DNA from: Alphaproteobacteria bacterium
GTDB taxonomy: Bacteria > Pseudomonadota > Alphaproteobacteria > Rhodobacterales > Rhodobacteraceae
Length of the DNA stretch: 64,000 nucleotides
Reading direction: 5' to 3'
Assembly: GCA_009908505.1 (NCBI GenBank)
Contig: JAAAPD010000034.1
Coordinates: forward strand, 1,430 to 65,429
Position numbers and translations under genes: made by a program. The notes beneath the pieces were generated by a model, which had not been told where the DNA came from, ran no database searches, and saw only the letters and a program-made list of their open reading frames with translations. Positions within the stretch are counted from its first letter, which is position 1, and each line of letters starts with the position of its first letter. Shown piece after piece: positions 52,324 through 61,271 of this stretch.

Positions 52324-53317
52324 AGGACTTGCCTTTCACGATGATCTCGCCCAGCCGGATATCCTCGCCCGCCATGATGCGATGGAACATGCCCATATCC
52401 GGATTGCGCCCGGTGATGATGGTCGCCGTTGGCCCGTTGGGGGTGAATTTCCCGGACAGGCAGGCGGCCAGCCCCACCACGCAGGCGCCTTCGGCCACGA
52501 TCCGGTCTTCGTAGAAAAGCACCTGCATGGCGTGGTAGATTTCTTCTTCGGTGACCAGCAGGGTGTCGTCCAGCAAATCCCGGCACAGCGGAAAGGACAG
52601 CTTGTTGGCCATACCGATCCCGCCGCCCAGGCTGTCGGCAAGGCTGGGCACCTCTTCGACCTCGACAGGAAGGCCCGCCGCGATCGATGCCTTCATGGCC
52701 GCGCCGCGTTCCATGGAGATCCCGATCACCCGGATATCGGGTTTGATCGCCTTGGCCGCCAACGCCACGCCCGCCGCCAAACCACCGCCCGACAGGGGGA
52801 TCAAAAGGGTGTCCAGATCGGGCCGCGCCTCTAGCAATTCCAGCCCGATCGTGCCTTGCCCGGCGATCACGCGCGGATCATCGAAGGGCGAGATCTCGAC
52901 CAGCCCCTCTTGTTCCACCAGGCGCAGGCTTTCGGCCAGCGCATCGTCCTGGCTTTGGCCACAGATGCGCACCTCGCCGCCCAAGGCCTTGATCCCGTCT
53001 ACCTTGGCCCGTGGCACCAGCTCGGACATACAGATCACCGCGCGTATGCCCCGCCGCGCGGCGGCATAGGCCACGCCGCGCCCATGATTGCCGGTCGAAC
53101 AGCAGATCACGCCCGTCGTACCCTCGGGCAGCGCCATCAGCGCATTCATCGCCCCGCGCAGCTTGAACGCGCCGATGGGCTGCATGTTCTCCAGTTTCAG
53201 AAGGAAGTCCTGCCCCGTCTCGGCCGCCATGAAGGGCGAGGGGACCAATGGTGTCGCATCGGCGACGCCGTGCAGCACGCGGCGGGCGGCAAGGATATCT
53301 GCAAGGGCCAGTGTCAC
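52313..53317 (-). CDS. eutB: PLP-dependent dehydratase, EutB-like (threonine dehydratase family)
   Basis: KLENMQPIGAFKLRGA, STGNHG, PLSGGGL and SLADSLGGGIG; GTG start. Confidence 0.82.
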   Translation of the reverse strand: MTLALADILAARRVLHGVADATPLVPSPFMAAETGQDFLLKLENMQPIGAFKLRGAMNALMALPEGTTGVICCSTGNHGRGVAYAAARRGIRAVICMSELVPRAKVDGIKALGGEVRICGQSQDDALAESLRLVEQEGLVEISPFDDPRVIAGQGTIGLELLEARPDLDTLLIPLSGGGLAAGVALAAKAIKPDIRVIGISMERGAAMKASIAAGLPVEVEEVPSLADSLGGGIGMANKLSFPLCRDLLDDTLLVTEEEIYHAMQVLFYEDRIVAEGACVVGLAACLSGKFTPNGPTATIITGRNPDMGMFHRIMAGEDIRLGEIIVKGKSYGP

Positions 53318-53355
53318 TGCCCCAGATCACCGCGCCGCCCGGCCCGTTTCAAGCC

Positions 53356-54237
53356 CTAAACCATCATGTTGCGGGGCTCGCCGATCAGTTCGGCGTAATG
53401 CGCCAGGAATCGCGCCGCGTCGGCCCCGTTGATCACGCGGTGATCGTAGGACAGGTCCAGCGGCACCATCGGCACCGGACGCGGCGTGTCGCCGTCCCAG
53501 ACCGTGACGGTTTCGGTCCGGGTGATACCAAGGATCGCGACCTCGGGCGGGTTGACGATGGGGGTGAAGGCCGTGCCGCCGATGCCGCCCAGATTGGTGA
53601 TGGTCATGGAGGCACCGCCCATTTCATCGGGTCCGATCTTGCGGGTCTGCGCCCGCGCCGCAAGGTCGGTGATTTCCGCCCCGATCTGCCACAGCCCCTT
53701 GGTGTCCGCATCGCGGATCACCGGGACCATCAGGCCGTGTGGCGTGTCCACGGCGATACCGATATGGACATAGTTTTTGAGCACCAGCGTTTCGCCATCA
53801 GGCGTGAGCGAGGCATTGAAACGGGGATAGGCACGCAGGGACCGGGCCAGCGCGGCGACGTGAAAGGCCAGCGCGGTCAGCTTGACGCCGCGCGACTGGG
53901 CCTCGGGCTTGAGCGACTTGCGGAAGGCCTCGATCGCGCTGACTTCGGCGCGGTCGTGATGGGTCACCGCCGGAATGAGGGCCTGCGCGGCGGCAAGATT
54001 TTTCGCCGCCACCTGCGCAAAGCGGCTCATCGGTTCCTCGGTCACCGGTCCATATTGGCTATGGTCCACGTCCCAGTAGGAAGTGTCGCCACCGCCCCCG
54101 GAGGACGCCGGCGCGCTGCCGGTGATGTCCTCGGGGCCGATCGTGGTGCGACCGAGGCGCTTGGCCAGCGCGTCTATATCCACGTCATTGTCCCGTGCAA
54201 GGCGGCGGGTCGAGGGGCTGGCGATGATGTCCGACAT
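53356..54237 (-). CDS. 2-oxoacid dehydrogenase E2 catalytic subunit lacking lipoyl domains
   Basis: PSBD-like IASPSTRRLAR at the N-terminus; TITNLGGIG; catalytic SYDHRVING. Confidence 0.88.
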   Translation of the reverse strand: MSDIIASPSTRRLARDNDVDIDALAKRLGRTTIGPEDITGSAPASSGGGGDTSYWDVDHSQYGPVTEEPMSRFAQVAAKNLAAAQALIPAVTHHDRAEVSAIEAFRKSLKPEAQSRGVKLTALAFHVAALARSLRAYPRFNASLTPDGETLVLKNYVHIGIAVDTPHGLMVPVIRDADTKGLWQIGAEITDLAARAQTRKIGPDEMGGASMTITNLGGIGGTAFTPIVNPPEVAILGITRTETVTVWDGDTPRPVPMVPLDLSYDHRVINGADAARFLAHYAELIGEPRNMMV

Positions 54238-54246
54238 ATCCGCCCC

Positions 54247-55671
54247 CTACCAACTGGCCGAGATATACTGGGTTTCCATGAACTCCAGCATGCCCTCGTG
54301 GCCACCCTCGCGGCCAAGGCCCGATTGCTTGACGCCGCCAAAGGGCGCGGCAGGGTCGCTGACCAGCCCCCGATTGAGGCCGACCATGCCGTATTCCAGC
54401 CGCTCGCAGACCTGCATGGCGCGCTTGAAATCCTCGGAAAAGACATAGGCAACCAGCCCGTATTCCGTGTCATTGGCGCGGGTGATCACCTCGTCCTGGT
54501 CCTTGAAGGTCTGGATCGCGGCGACGGGGCCGAAGATTTCATCCTTCACGCATTCCGCGTTCTCGGACACGTTCGACAGGACCGTGGGCGGGTAGAAGTA
54601 TCCCTTGCCATTGGGCGTGCTGCCGCCGCATTCGACCGATGCGCCCTTGGCCACGGCGTCGGCCACGAACTCGGCCACCTTGTCGCGGGTGTCGGCATTG
54701 ACCAGCGGGCCGACATCCACCGATGGGTCGGTGCCATCGCCGACGTTGAGCGCGGCCATGCGTTCGGTCAGGCGCTTGGTGAACTCCTCGGCAACGTCTT
54801 CATGCACGTAGATGCGGTTGGCGGCGGTGCAAGCCTCGCCCAGGTTGCGCATCTTGGCCAGCATGGTGCCCTCGATGGCGGTGTCCATGTCGGCATCCTC
54901 GAAGACGATACAGGGCGCATTGCCGCCCAGCTCCATGGCCGGTTTCAGCACCTGGTCGGCGGCACCCTTCAGGAGCTTGCGGCCAACCCCGGTCGATCCG
55001 GTGAAGCTGACGACGCGCACGCGCGGATCATGCAGCATGTGATCTACCAGCGCACCGGTGCGGCGCGAGGGCAGGACGTTCACAAGGCCCGCAGGCACGC
55101 CCGCCTCTTCCAGCAGGGGCATCAGGGCCAGCATGGTGAGCGGGGTTTCCGAGGCCGGCTTGATGATGACACCGCAGCCCGCGGCCAGCGCCGGGGCGAT
55201 CTTGCGGGTGCCCATGGCCGCCGGGTAGTTCCAGGGCGTGACCAGCACGGCCAACCCCGCGGGCTTGTGCTGCACCACGATGCGGGCCCCGGAGGCGGGC
55301 GCATGGGTGATCATGCCGTCGGCGCGCACGGCCTCTTCGGCGAACCAGCGGAAGAATTCGGCGGCATAGGTCGCCTCGCCCTTGGCATCGGTGCCCGCCT
55401 TGCCGTTTTCCAGCGTGATCAGGTGGGCGAAGTGATCGAGCCGCGCGGTCATCAACTCCCACGCCTTGCGCAGCACTTCGGACCGTTCGCGCGGGGTGCG
55501 CGCGGCCCAGTCGGTCATGGCGGCCTCGGCGGCGTCCAGCGCCGCATCGGCATCGGCGATATCGGCCGAGGCGACCGAGGCAAGCACCTCTTCCGTCGCC
55601 GGGTTGATCACGTCGAAACGGTCGCCCGTCTTGTGCCATTCGCCGTTGATGTAGAGATCGGTGTAGTCCAT
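54247..55671 (-). CDS. NAD(P)-dependent aldehyde dehydrogenase, succinate-semialdehyde dehydrogenase-like
   Basis: TPWNYP, FTGSTGVG, ELGGNAP, GEACTA, EIFGP and PFGGVKQSGLGREG. Start ATG 55671 with GGAG RBS. Confidence 0.92.
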   Translation of the reverse strand: MDYTDLYINGEWHKTGDRFDVINPATEEVLASVASADIADADAALDAAEAAMTDWAARTPRERSEVLRKAWELMTARLDHFAHLITLENGKAGTDAKGEATYAAEFFRWFAEEAVRADGMITHAPASGARIVVQHKPAGLAVLVTPWNYPAAMGTRKIAPALAAGCGVIIKPASETPLTMLALMPLLEEAGVPAGLVNVLPSRRTGALVDHMLHDPRVRVVSFTGSTGVGRKLLKGAADQVLKPAMELGGNAPCIVFEDADMDTAIEGTMLAKMRNLGEACTAANRIYVHEDVAEEFTKRLTERMAALNVGDGTDPSVDVGPLVNADTRDKVAEFVADAVAKGASVECGGSTPNGKGYFYPPTVLSNVSENAECVKDEIFGPVAAIQTFKDQDEVITRANDTEYGLVAYVFSEDFKRAMQVCERLEYGMVGLNRGLVSDPAAPFGGVKQSGLGREGGHEGMLEFMETQYISASW

Positions 55672-55685
55672 GTCGGTCTCCATTG

Positions 55686-57002
55686 TCAGAGCAGATGGCG
55701 AAGCGGTTGCTCCACCCGGCCTGCGAAGTCGGAAAGAAGCTGGATCGCGGAAGTGGCGTCCATCCGGGACGGCGAGCATTCCAGCGTGATCGTCAGCCCG
55801 GTGCCATTCGCCGTCAGCGTCAGAACCGGGGTGGCCTCGCCGCCCATTTCGACGCCGCATAGGCGCGTGCCGCGCAGATCGCGCAGGATCAGGGTGGGGG
55901 CCTCTTCGGTTTCGGTGGCGGCCGACAGAACCCGGCTCGCGGGCAGGGCATAGGTAGTCGCCTGTCCATGCCGTTCCACGGCGACGGGGCCGGGCACAGG
56001 CATCGAGGAGGCGGCAAGCGCTGCCAGGATCGCATCCGCATCGGTCAGGCCATGGGCCTCCGCCGCCCAGGCGGCAAAGCCCGGCACACCATCCTCGGCG
56101 ATTTCAGCGACAAGCCTGCGGCTTGCGGTTCCAGCCTCTGCCGCTGGTGCGGCGGCAGGCAGGCTGCGCAGCGTTTCCAGGTCGCTGACGTGATAGGGCT
56201 GCGGATAGCCCGCCTCGGCCAGGCGGCCCAGGTCGAGCCCCTGTTCCAGCGCCAGGCGCCGCGCCTTCGGCGACGCCAGGATGCGCCCACCCGTGGGCTG
56301 CGGGGGCGCTGCAGGTGCGGTGGGGGCAGGCTTGGCCTCGGGCTCGGGGTCGGCCTTTGCCGGTTCCGCCTGCGCGCTGGGTGCCGCGGCAGGGGCCGCG
56401 GCAGTCACCGACCGGGCGACCGGGCTGGCCGGGGCCGCGTCGCTGATAACCGCCACCGGGTCGCCCACCGGGACCTCTTCACCGGCCTGGGCCAGTGTCG
56501 CGGCGAGATAACCGTCGCGGCCCGCCTCGACCTCCATGGTGCTCTTGTCGGTTTCGACCTCGAACAGGACATCGGTGGCGGAGACCGCATCGCCCGGCGC
56601 TTTCTGCCAGCTGACCAGCAGTCCGGTATCTTGCGCCATGCCAAGCTGTGGCATAGTCACGCTATGGCCGTCGGGAAGGTCATCGGCCGGGGCCTCTGCC
56701 GCGGGGGCCGGGGCCGTTTCGGCAGGCGCGTCATCCTCGGCGCTGTCGCTGATCCGGGCGATCACGGCGCCCACGGGCACATCGTCGCCCTCATCCGCCG
56801 TCACGCCTGTCAGGTAGCCCGCCGCCTGCGCCTCGACCTCCATCGTGGCCTTGTCGGTTTCCACTTCGAACAGGGCATCCCCCTTGGCGACCTCGTCACC
56901 GGGGGATTTGAGCCAGGACACGAGCTTGCCCGCATCCTGAGCCATGCCCAGCTGAGGCATCGTCACGTCATGCCGCGTGACTGTCTGTTTGTCACGCTGC
57001 AT
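55686..57002 (-). CDS. E2-like lipoyl carrier: two lipoyl domains + PSBD + degenerate catalytic domain
   Basis: VETDKATMEVEA and VETDKSTMEVEA; ILASPKARRLA; C-terminus ends PLRHLL but has no DHR motif. Confidence 0.85.
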   Translation of the reverse strand: MQRDKQTVTRHDVTMPQLGMAQDAGKLVSWLKSPGDEVAKGDALFEVETDKATMEVEAQAAGYLTGVTADEGDDVPVGAVIARISDSAEDDAPAETAPAPAAEAPADDLPDGHSVTMPQLGMAQDTGLLVSWQKAPGDAVSATDVLFEVETDKSTMEVEAGRDGYLAATLAQAGEEVPVGDPVAVISDAAPASPVARSVTAAAPAAAPSAQAEPAKADPEPEAKPAPTAPAAPPQPTGGRILASPKARRLALEQGLDLGRLAEAGYPQPYHVSDLETLRSLPAAAPAAEAGTASRRLVAEIAEDGVPGFAAWAAEAHGLTDADAILAALAASSMPVPGPVAVERHGQATTYALPASRVLSAATETEEAPTLILRDLRGTRLCGVEMGGEATPVLTLTANGTGLTITLECSPSRMDATSAIQLLSDFAGRVEQPLRHLL

Positions 57003-57993
57003 GAATCATCTCTCCTGAACACAGCTTGCGGGCGTTTTCGGCCACGCCTTCGGGCGTCGGCACGGTGATGTCCTCCAAGGCCGGCGAGAAGGGCACCGGC
57101 ACATCCATCGCCCCCATGCGCAGAACCGGCGCATCCAGGTGATAGAATGCCTTTTCATTCAGGCGGCTGGCGATTTCCGAGGTGACGCCATAACTTTGGT
57201 GGCCCTCGTCGATGACGATGGCGCGGCTGGTCTTCTTGACGCTCTCGATCAGGGTTTTCTCGTCCAGCGGCACGATAGTGCGCGGGTCGATGACCTCGGC
57301 CCCGATCCCCTCCTGGCCGAGCATCTCGGCGGCCTTCTCGGCCACCTGCACCATCGAGGACGTGGCAATCAGCGAAATGTCCTTGCCCTCGCGCTTCACG
57401 TTGGCCTCGCCGAAGGGGATCAGGAATTCCTCTTCCGGCACCGGGGCCTTGTCCTGGTACATCAGCTTGTCTTCGAATATCACGACCGGGTTGTTGTCGC
57501 GGATCGCCGTCTTCATCAGGCCCTTTGCCTCGTAGGCCGAGGACGGCATTGCGACCTTGAGCCCCGGAATATGCGCGACAAGCGCCTGCAGCGACTGCGA
57601 ATGCTGCGCCGCCGAGCGGCGCGTCGCCCCGAGGTTGGTGCGCAGGACCATCGGCACGGACAACTTGCCGCCCGACATGTAGTGCTGCTTGGCCGCCTGG
57701 TTGCACAGTTGATCCATGACCAGGTAGAGGAAATCGCCGAACATCAGGTCCACGATGGGGCGCGCACCGGTCATGGCGGCCCCCACGGCCAGACCGACGA
57801 AGCCCGGCTCGGCGATGGGGGTATCGATGACACGTGCCGTACCGAACTCCTCGACCAGGCCCGACAGGACCTTGAAGGGCGTGCCGGCCTCGGCCACGTC
57901 CTCGCCCAGCAGGAAAACGGTTTCATCGCGGCGCATTTCCTCGGCGATCGCTTCGTTCACGGCCTGGGACAGGGTAATCTCTCGCATCTTCAT
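56992..57993 (-). CDS. TPP-dependent dehydrogenase E1 beta (AcoB-like)
   Basis: LGEDV, DTPIAE, MFGDF, HSQSL and EVIDPRTIVPLD. Confidence 0.92.
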   Translation of the reverse strand: MKMREITLSQAVNEAIAEEMRRDETVFLLGEDVAEAGTPFKVLSGLVEEFGTARVIDTPIAEPGFVGLAVGAAMTGARPIVDLMFGDFLYLVMDQLCNQAAKQHYMSGGKLSVPMVLRTNLGATRRSAAQHSQSLQALVAHIPGLKVAMPSSAYEAKGLMKTAIRDNNPVVIFEDKLMYQDKAPVPEEEFLIPFGEANVKREGKDISLIATSSMVQVAEKAAEMLGQEGIGAEVIDPRTIVPLDEKTLIESVKKTSRAIVIDEGHQSYGVTSEIASRLNEKAFYHLDAPVLRMGAMDVPVPFSPALEDITVPTPEGVAENARKLCSGEMIHAA

Positions 57994-57999
57994 CTCTCC

Positions 58000-58977
58000 T
58001 CAGTCCGCGTAGACATGCATGTCGACTTCGGACACATCGGGGTAGTTGGCGGCCTCGGCATAGGCGACAGCCTCGGTGGCGTCGGTCTCGATCTCGGTGT
58101 TCATCGCCTCGATCTCGTCCTCGCTGGCGATGCCCTGTTCGACCAGCCACCCGCGGAAGCGCACGATCGGGTCGCGATTTTCCTTCCAGTCCTTTTCCTC
58201 GTCCTTGGACCGGTAATATTCGCGGTTGATGTCGCCGACGTGGTGGCCGTGATAGCGATAGGTTTCTAGCTCGATGAAGAACGGGCCTTCTCCCTTGCGG
58301 CAGCGCGCGACCAGCTTCTGCGTCAGCTCGTTGACCGCCAGAACGTCCTGCCCGTCGACCTTGAAGGCCTCGATGCCAAAGGCCTCGGCCCGCGCGGTTA
58401 TGGACCCGGCGGCGATCTCCTCGGTCTTGGTGTATTCCGAATAGCCGTTGTTCTCGCAGGCATAGATCACCGGCAGGTTCCACAGGGCGGCCATGTTCAT
58501 GACCTCGTATAGAAGGCCCTGAGCCGTGGCCCCGTCGCCGAAGAAACACACGGTCACGTCATCGGCGCCCTGCAGTTTCGAGCGCAGAGCCGAGCCCGTG
58601 GCGATCCCCATCGAGCCGCCGACGATGGCATTGGCGCCCAGGTTGCCATGGCTCTGGTCGGCGATGTGCATGGACCCGCCCTTGCCGCGGCAATAGCCCT
58701 CTTCCTTGCCCAGAAGCTCGCAGAACATCTGCTTGAACTCGGCCCCCTTGGCGACGCAATGCCCGTGGCCCCGGTGGGTCGATGTGATGCGGTCGTCGTC
58801 CGTGAGGGCCTCGCAGATGCCGACGGCGACCGCTTCCTCGCCGGAATACATATGGGTCAGGCCGGGCATCTTGGCCGACAGGTACAGCTGGTTGGCATTG
58901 TCCTCGAAGGTGCGGATGCGCACCATCTGGCGATACATGCGCAGGTAGTCTTCGGTATTTGTCTTGGCCTTTGCCAT
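58000..58977 (-). CDS. TPP-dependent dehydrogenase E1 alpha (AcoA-like)
   Basis: STHRGHGH, GKGGSMH, TPP motif FGDGA..ENN and TYRYHGHH. Confidence 0.92.
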   Translation of the reverse strand: MAKAKTNTEDYLRMYRQMVRIRTFEDNANQLYLSAKMPGLTHMYSGEEAVAVGICEALTDDDRITSTHRGHGHCVAKGAEFKQMFCELLGKEEGYCRGKGGSMHIADQSHGNLGANAIVGGSMGIATGSALRSKLQGADDVTVCFFGDGATAQGLLYEVMNMAALWNLPVIYACENNGYSEYTKTEEIAAGSITARAEAFGIEAFKVDGQDVLAVNELTQKLVARCRKGEGPFFIELETYRYHGHHVGDINREYYRSKDEEKDWKENRDPIVRFRGWLVEQGIASEDEIEAMNTEIETDATEAVAYAEAANYPDVSEVDMHVYAD

Positions 58978-59073
58978 GGTGGGTGTCCTTTGCGGGGCGG
59001 CGCGTATCCCGGGGGCGGCGCCGCGACTATGCGTAACGGGCGAAGGAGGCGCGCGGCCCCCTTCGCCGTTGGC

Positions 59074-60372
59074 TCAGTAGCGGTTCGCGATCGGCAGATC
59101 CTCGGCCGGGAACAGGCTGATCACCTCGCAGCCGGTTTCCGTCACGACCACCTCTTCCTCGATCCGCGCGGCGGAGTAGCCGTCGGCGGCGGGGCAGTAG
59201 GTTTCCAGTGCGAAGACCATGCCGGTCTGGATTTCCATCGGGTGATCCAGGCTGACCGCGCGGCTGATGATCGGCCGCTCGTGCAGCGCAAGTCCCAGCC
59301 CGTGGCCGAATTGCAGGCCGAAGGCGGCGTCCTCGCTCGGGAAGCCGAATTCCTCGGCCTTGGGCCACAGCTTGGCGACCTGGTCGGTGGTGACACCCGG
59401 CTTGATCGCCGCGATCGAGGCGTCGATCCATTCGCGGGCCTTTACGTAGGCGTCGTTCTGCGCCGGGGTGGCCCGGCCGATGTTGAAGGTCCGGTAATAG
59501 CAGGTCCGGTAGCCCTGGTAGGATTGCAGGATGTCGAAGAACGCCTGGTCCCCGGGCCGGAACAGCCGGTCGGTGAAGTTGTGCGGATGCGGGTTGCAGC
59601 GTTCGCCGGAAATGGCGTTGATCGCTTCCACGTCGTCCGAGCCCATCTCGTAGAGCATCTTATTGGACAGCGCGACGATGTCGTTCTCGCGCACGCCCGG
59701 CTTCAACTCTTCGTAGATCATGTGGTAGACGCCATCGACCATGGAGGCGGCTTGCGTCAGCAACTGGATTTCATCCCAGTTCTTGATCTCGCGTGCGGCA
59801 AGCATGATCTGCTGCCCGTCGACCACGTGCAGCCCCTCTTCCTGGAGCGCATGGAACATGGCCGTTTCGGCATAATCGACGCCCACGGGCATGTCGGCCA
59901 TGCCGGCCTCCTTGATCAGGCGGGCGATGTCCTTGGCGTATTTCTTCATCAGGCCGAATTCCGGCGGAATCGTGCCGCGCATGCCGACGACCCCGGCCAG
60001 GCAGTGATCGGGTTCCAGCCAGTCGGAATAGAGCTTGTGATGCATCGCGGCCGAACCGAAATCCCACACGTAGGGGGAATCGTCGCCGGTCAGCAGGCAG
60101 AAACGGCACATCTTGTCCCGTTCCCATTCGCCGATCTTGGTGGCGCTGACGTAGCGGATGTTGTTGACGTCGAACAGCAGCAGGGTGCCCGCATCCGAAT
60201 TCTGAAGCGCCTGCCGTGTACGGGCAAGGCGATAGCGGCGCAGGCGGTCATGGTCGATCCGCCGTTCGAAATCCACGGACATATGGCCCGAGGCGGGCAG
60301 GCGGTCGCGCCATTCCCAGTTCGGTTCCAGGTCCTGCGGGGTCAGCATGTTGGGCAGTAGTGCGCGTGACAT
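59074..60372 (-). CDS. M24 (pita-bread) family hydrolase with atypical metal ligands
   Basis: Creatinase-like N-domain; FFDI, FGHGLGL, ALET and RIEEEV; YRTCYYRT where GYxSDxTRT is usual. Confidence 0.85.
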   Translation of the reverse strand: MSRALLPNMLTPQDLEPNWEWRDRLPASGHMSVDFERRIDHDRLRRYRLARTRQALQNSDAGTLLLFDVNNIRYVSATKIGEWERDKMCRFCLLTGDDSPYVWDFGSAAMHHKLYSDWLEPDHCLAGVVGMRGTIPPEFGLMKKYAKDIARLIKEAGMADMPVGVDYAETAMFHALQEEGLHVVDGQQIMLAAREIKNWDEIQLLTQAASMVDGVYHMIYEELKPGVRENDIVALSNKMLYEMGSDDVEAINAISGERCNPHPHNFTDRLFRPGDQAFFDILQSYQGYRTCYYRTFNIGRATPAQNDAYVKAREWIDASIAAIKPGVTTDQVAKLWPKAEEFGFPSEDAAFGLQFGHGLGLALHERPIISRAVSLDHPMEIQTGMVFALETYCPAADGYSAARIEEEVVVTETGCEVISLFPAEDLPIANRY

Positions 60373-60437
60373 GGGAAAACTCCTTTCGGGCGCGTCTGCG
60401 CGCGCCCGGTTGCGTTGAAAAATGGGGGGGTGGGGCC

Positions 60438-61247
60438 CTACTTGGTCACCCAGCCACCGTCGATCGAGATCATCTGGCCGGTCATGTAGTCGCTGTCGTC
60501 CGAGGCCAGGAACGAGGCCGTCCCGGTGATGTCGTCGGGGTAGGAAACGCGCTTGATCACCAGGTTGTTCGCGACGATGTCGTCATAGGCCTGGCCTTCG
60601 CGTTCCTTGAAGCCGATGTCGACCAGGTCCTTGTCCAGCTGTTCCCAAAGCGGCGTGACCACGACGCCCGGCGCATAGCCGTTCACGGTGATGTTGTGTT
60701 CGGCCAGCCCCAGCGCGCCACATTCAGTCAGCGCAAGGCAGCCGTATTTCGAGGTGCAGTAGACGGTGACATCAACCAGCGGCTTGCGGCTGGCGATCGA
60801 GCCGACATTGATCAGCTTGTAGGGATGATCCTCCATCGGCCCTTGCGCGATCATCTCGCGGGCGACCTCTTGCATGCCCAACCACATCGCCTTGGTGTTC
60901 ACGTTCATGATCATGTCCCAGTTGGCTTCATCGATATCCATGAAGAACCGGGGCTTGTTCAGGCCGGCATTGAACAGGCCGACATTGATGGACCCGAACG
61001 CCTCGACGCAGGCGGCGACGGCGGCGGCGTTGTCCTCGCGCTTGGTCACATCCATCTTGACCGCGATGGCCTGGCCGTTGCCGGCCGCGTTGATGCCATC
61101 GGCGACCTTCTGCGCCTCGTCGAGATCGAGATCGCCAACGCACACATTGGCGCCCTGGGCCGCGAAGGCCTCGGCATTGGCGGCGCCCATGCCGCGCGCG
61201 GCACCGGTGATCAGGATGTTCTTACCTTTCAGGCGATTGGGGTCCAT
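60438..61247 (-). CDS. SDR oxidoreductase (polyol/acetoin dehydrogenase-like, probably NAD-dependent)
   Basis: TGAARGMG, acidic GDLD, FNAG, YCTSK and PGVVVTPLW. Confidence 0.88.
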   Translation of the reverse strand: MDPNRLKGKNILITGAARGMGAANAEAFAAQGANVCVGDLDLDEAQKVADGINAAGNGQAIAVKMDVTKREDNAAAVAACVEAFGSINVGLFNAGLNKPRFFMDIDEANWDMIMNVNTKAMWLGMQEVAREMIAQGPMEDHPYKLINVGSIASRKPLVDVTVYCTSKYGCLALTECGALGLAEHNITVNGYAPGVVVTPLWEQLDKDLVDIGFKEREGQAYDDIVANNLVIKRVSYPDDITGTASFLASDDSDYMTGQMISIDGGWVTK

Positions 61248-61271
61248 TGTCTTTCCTCCCTGGGTGACGGT

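Noticed and set aside
53248-55953. 901-aa plus-strand ORF
   Set aside because: Antisense to the E2 core and ALDH genes, which have clear motifs and RBSs.
53356-57002. Split E2 considered as a frameshifted pseudogene
   Set aside because: The two parts are separated by a complete ALDH gene, both are open with plausible starts, and each has its own PSBD.
60424-60434. G7 run as a phase-variation tract
   Set aside because: Short, intergenic and unremarkable in high-GC DNA.
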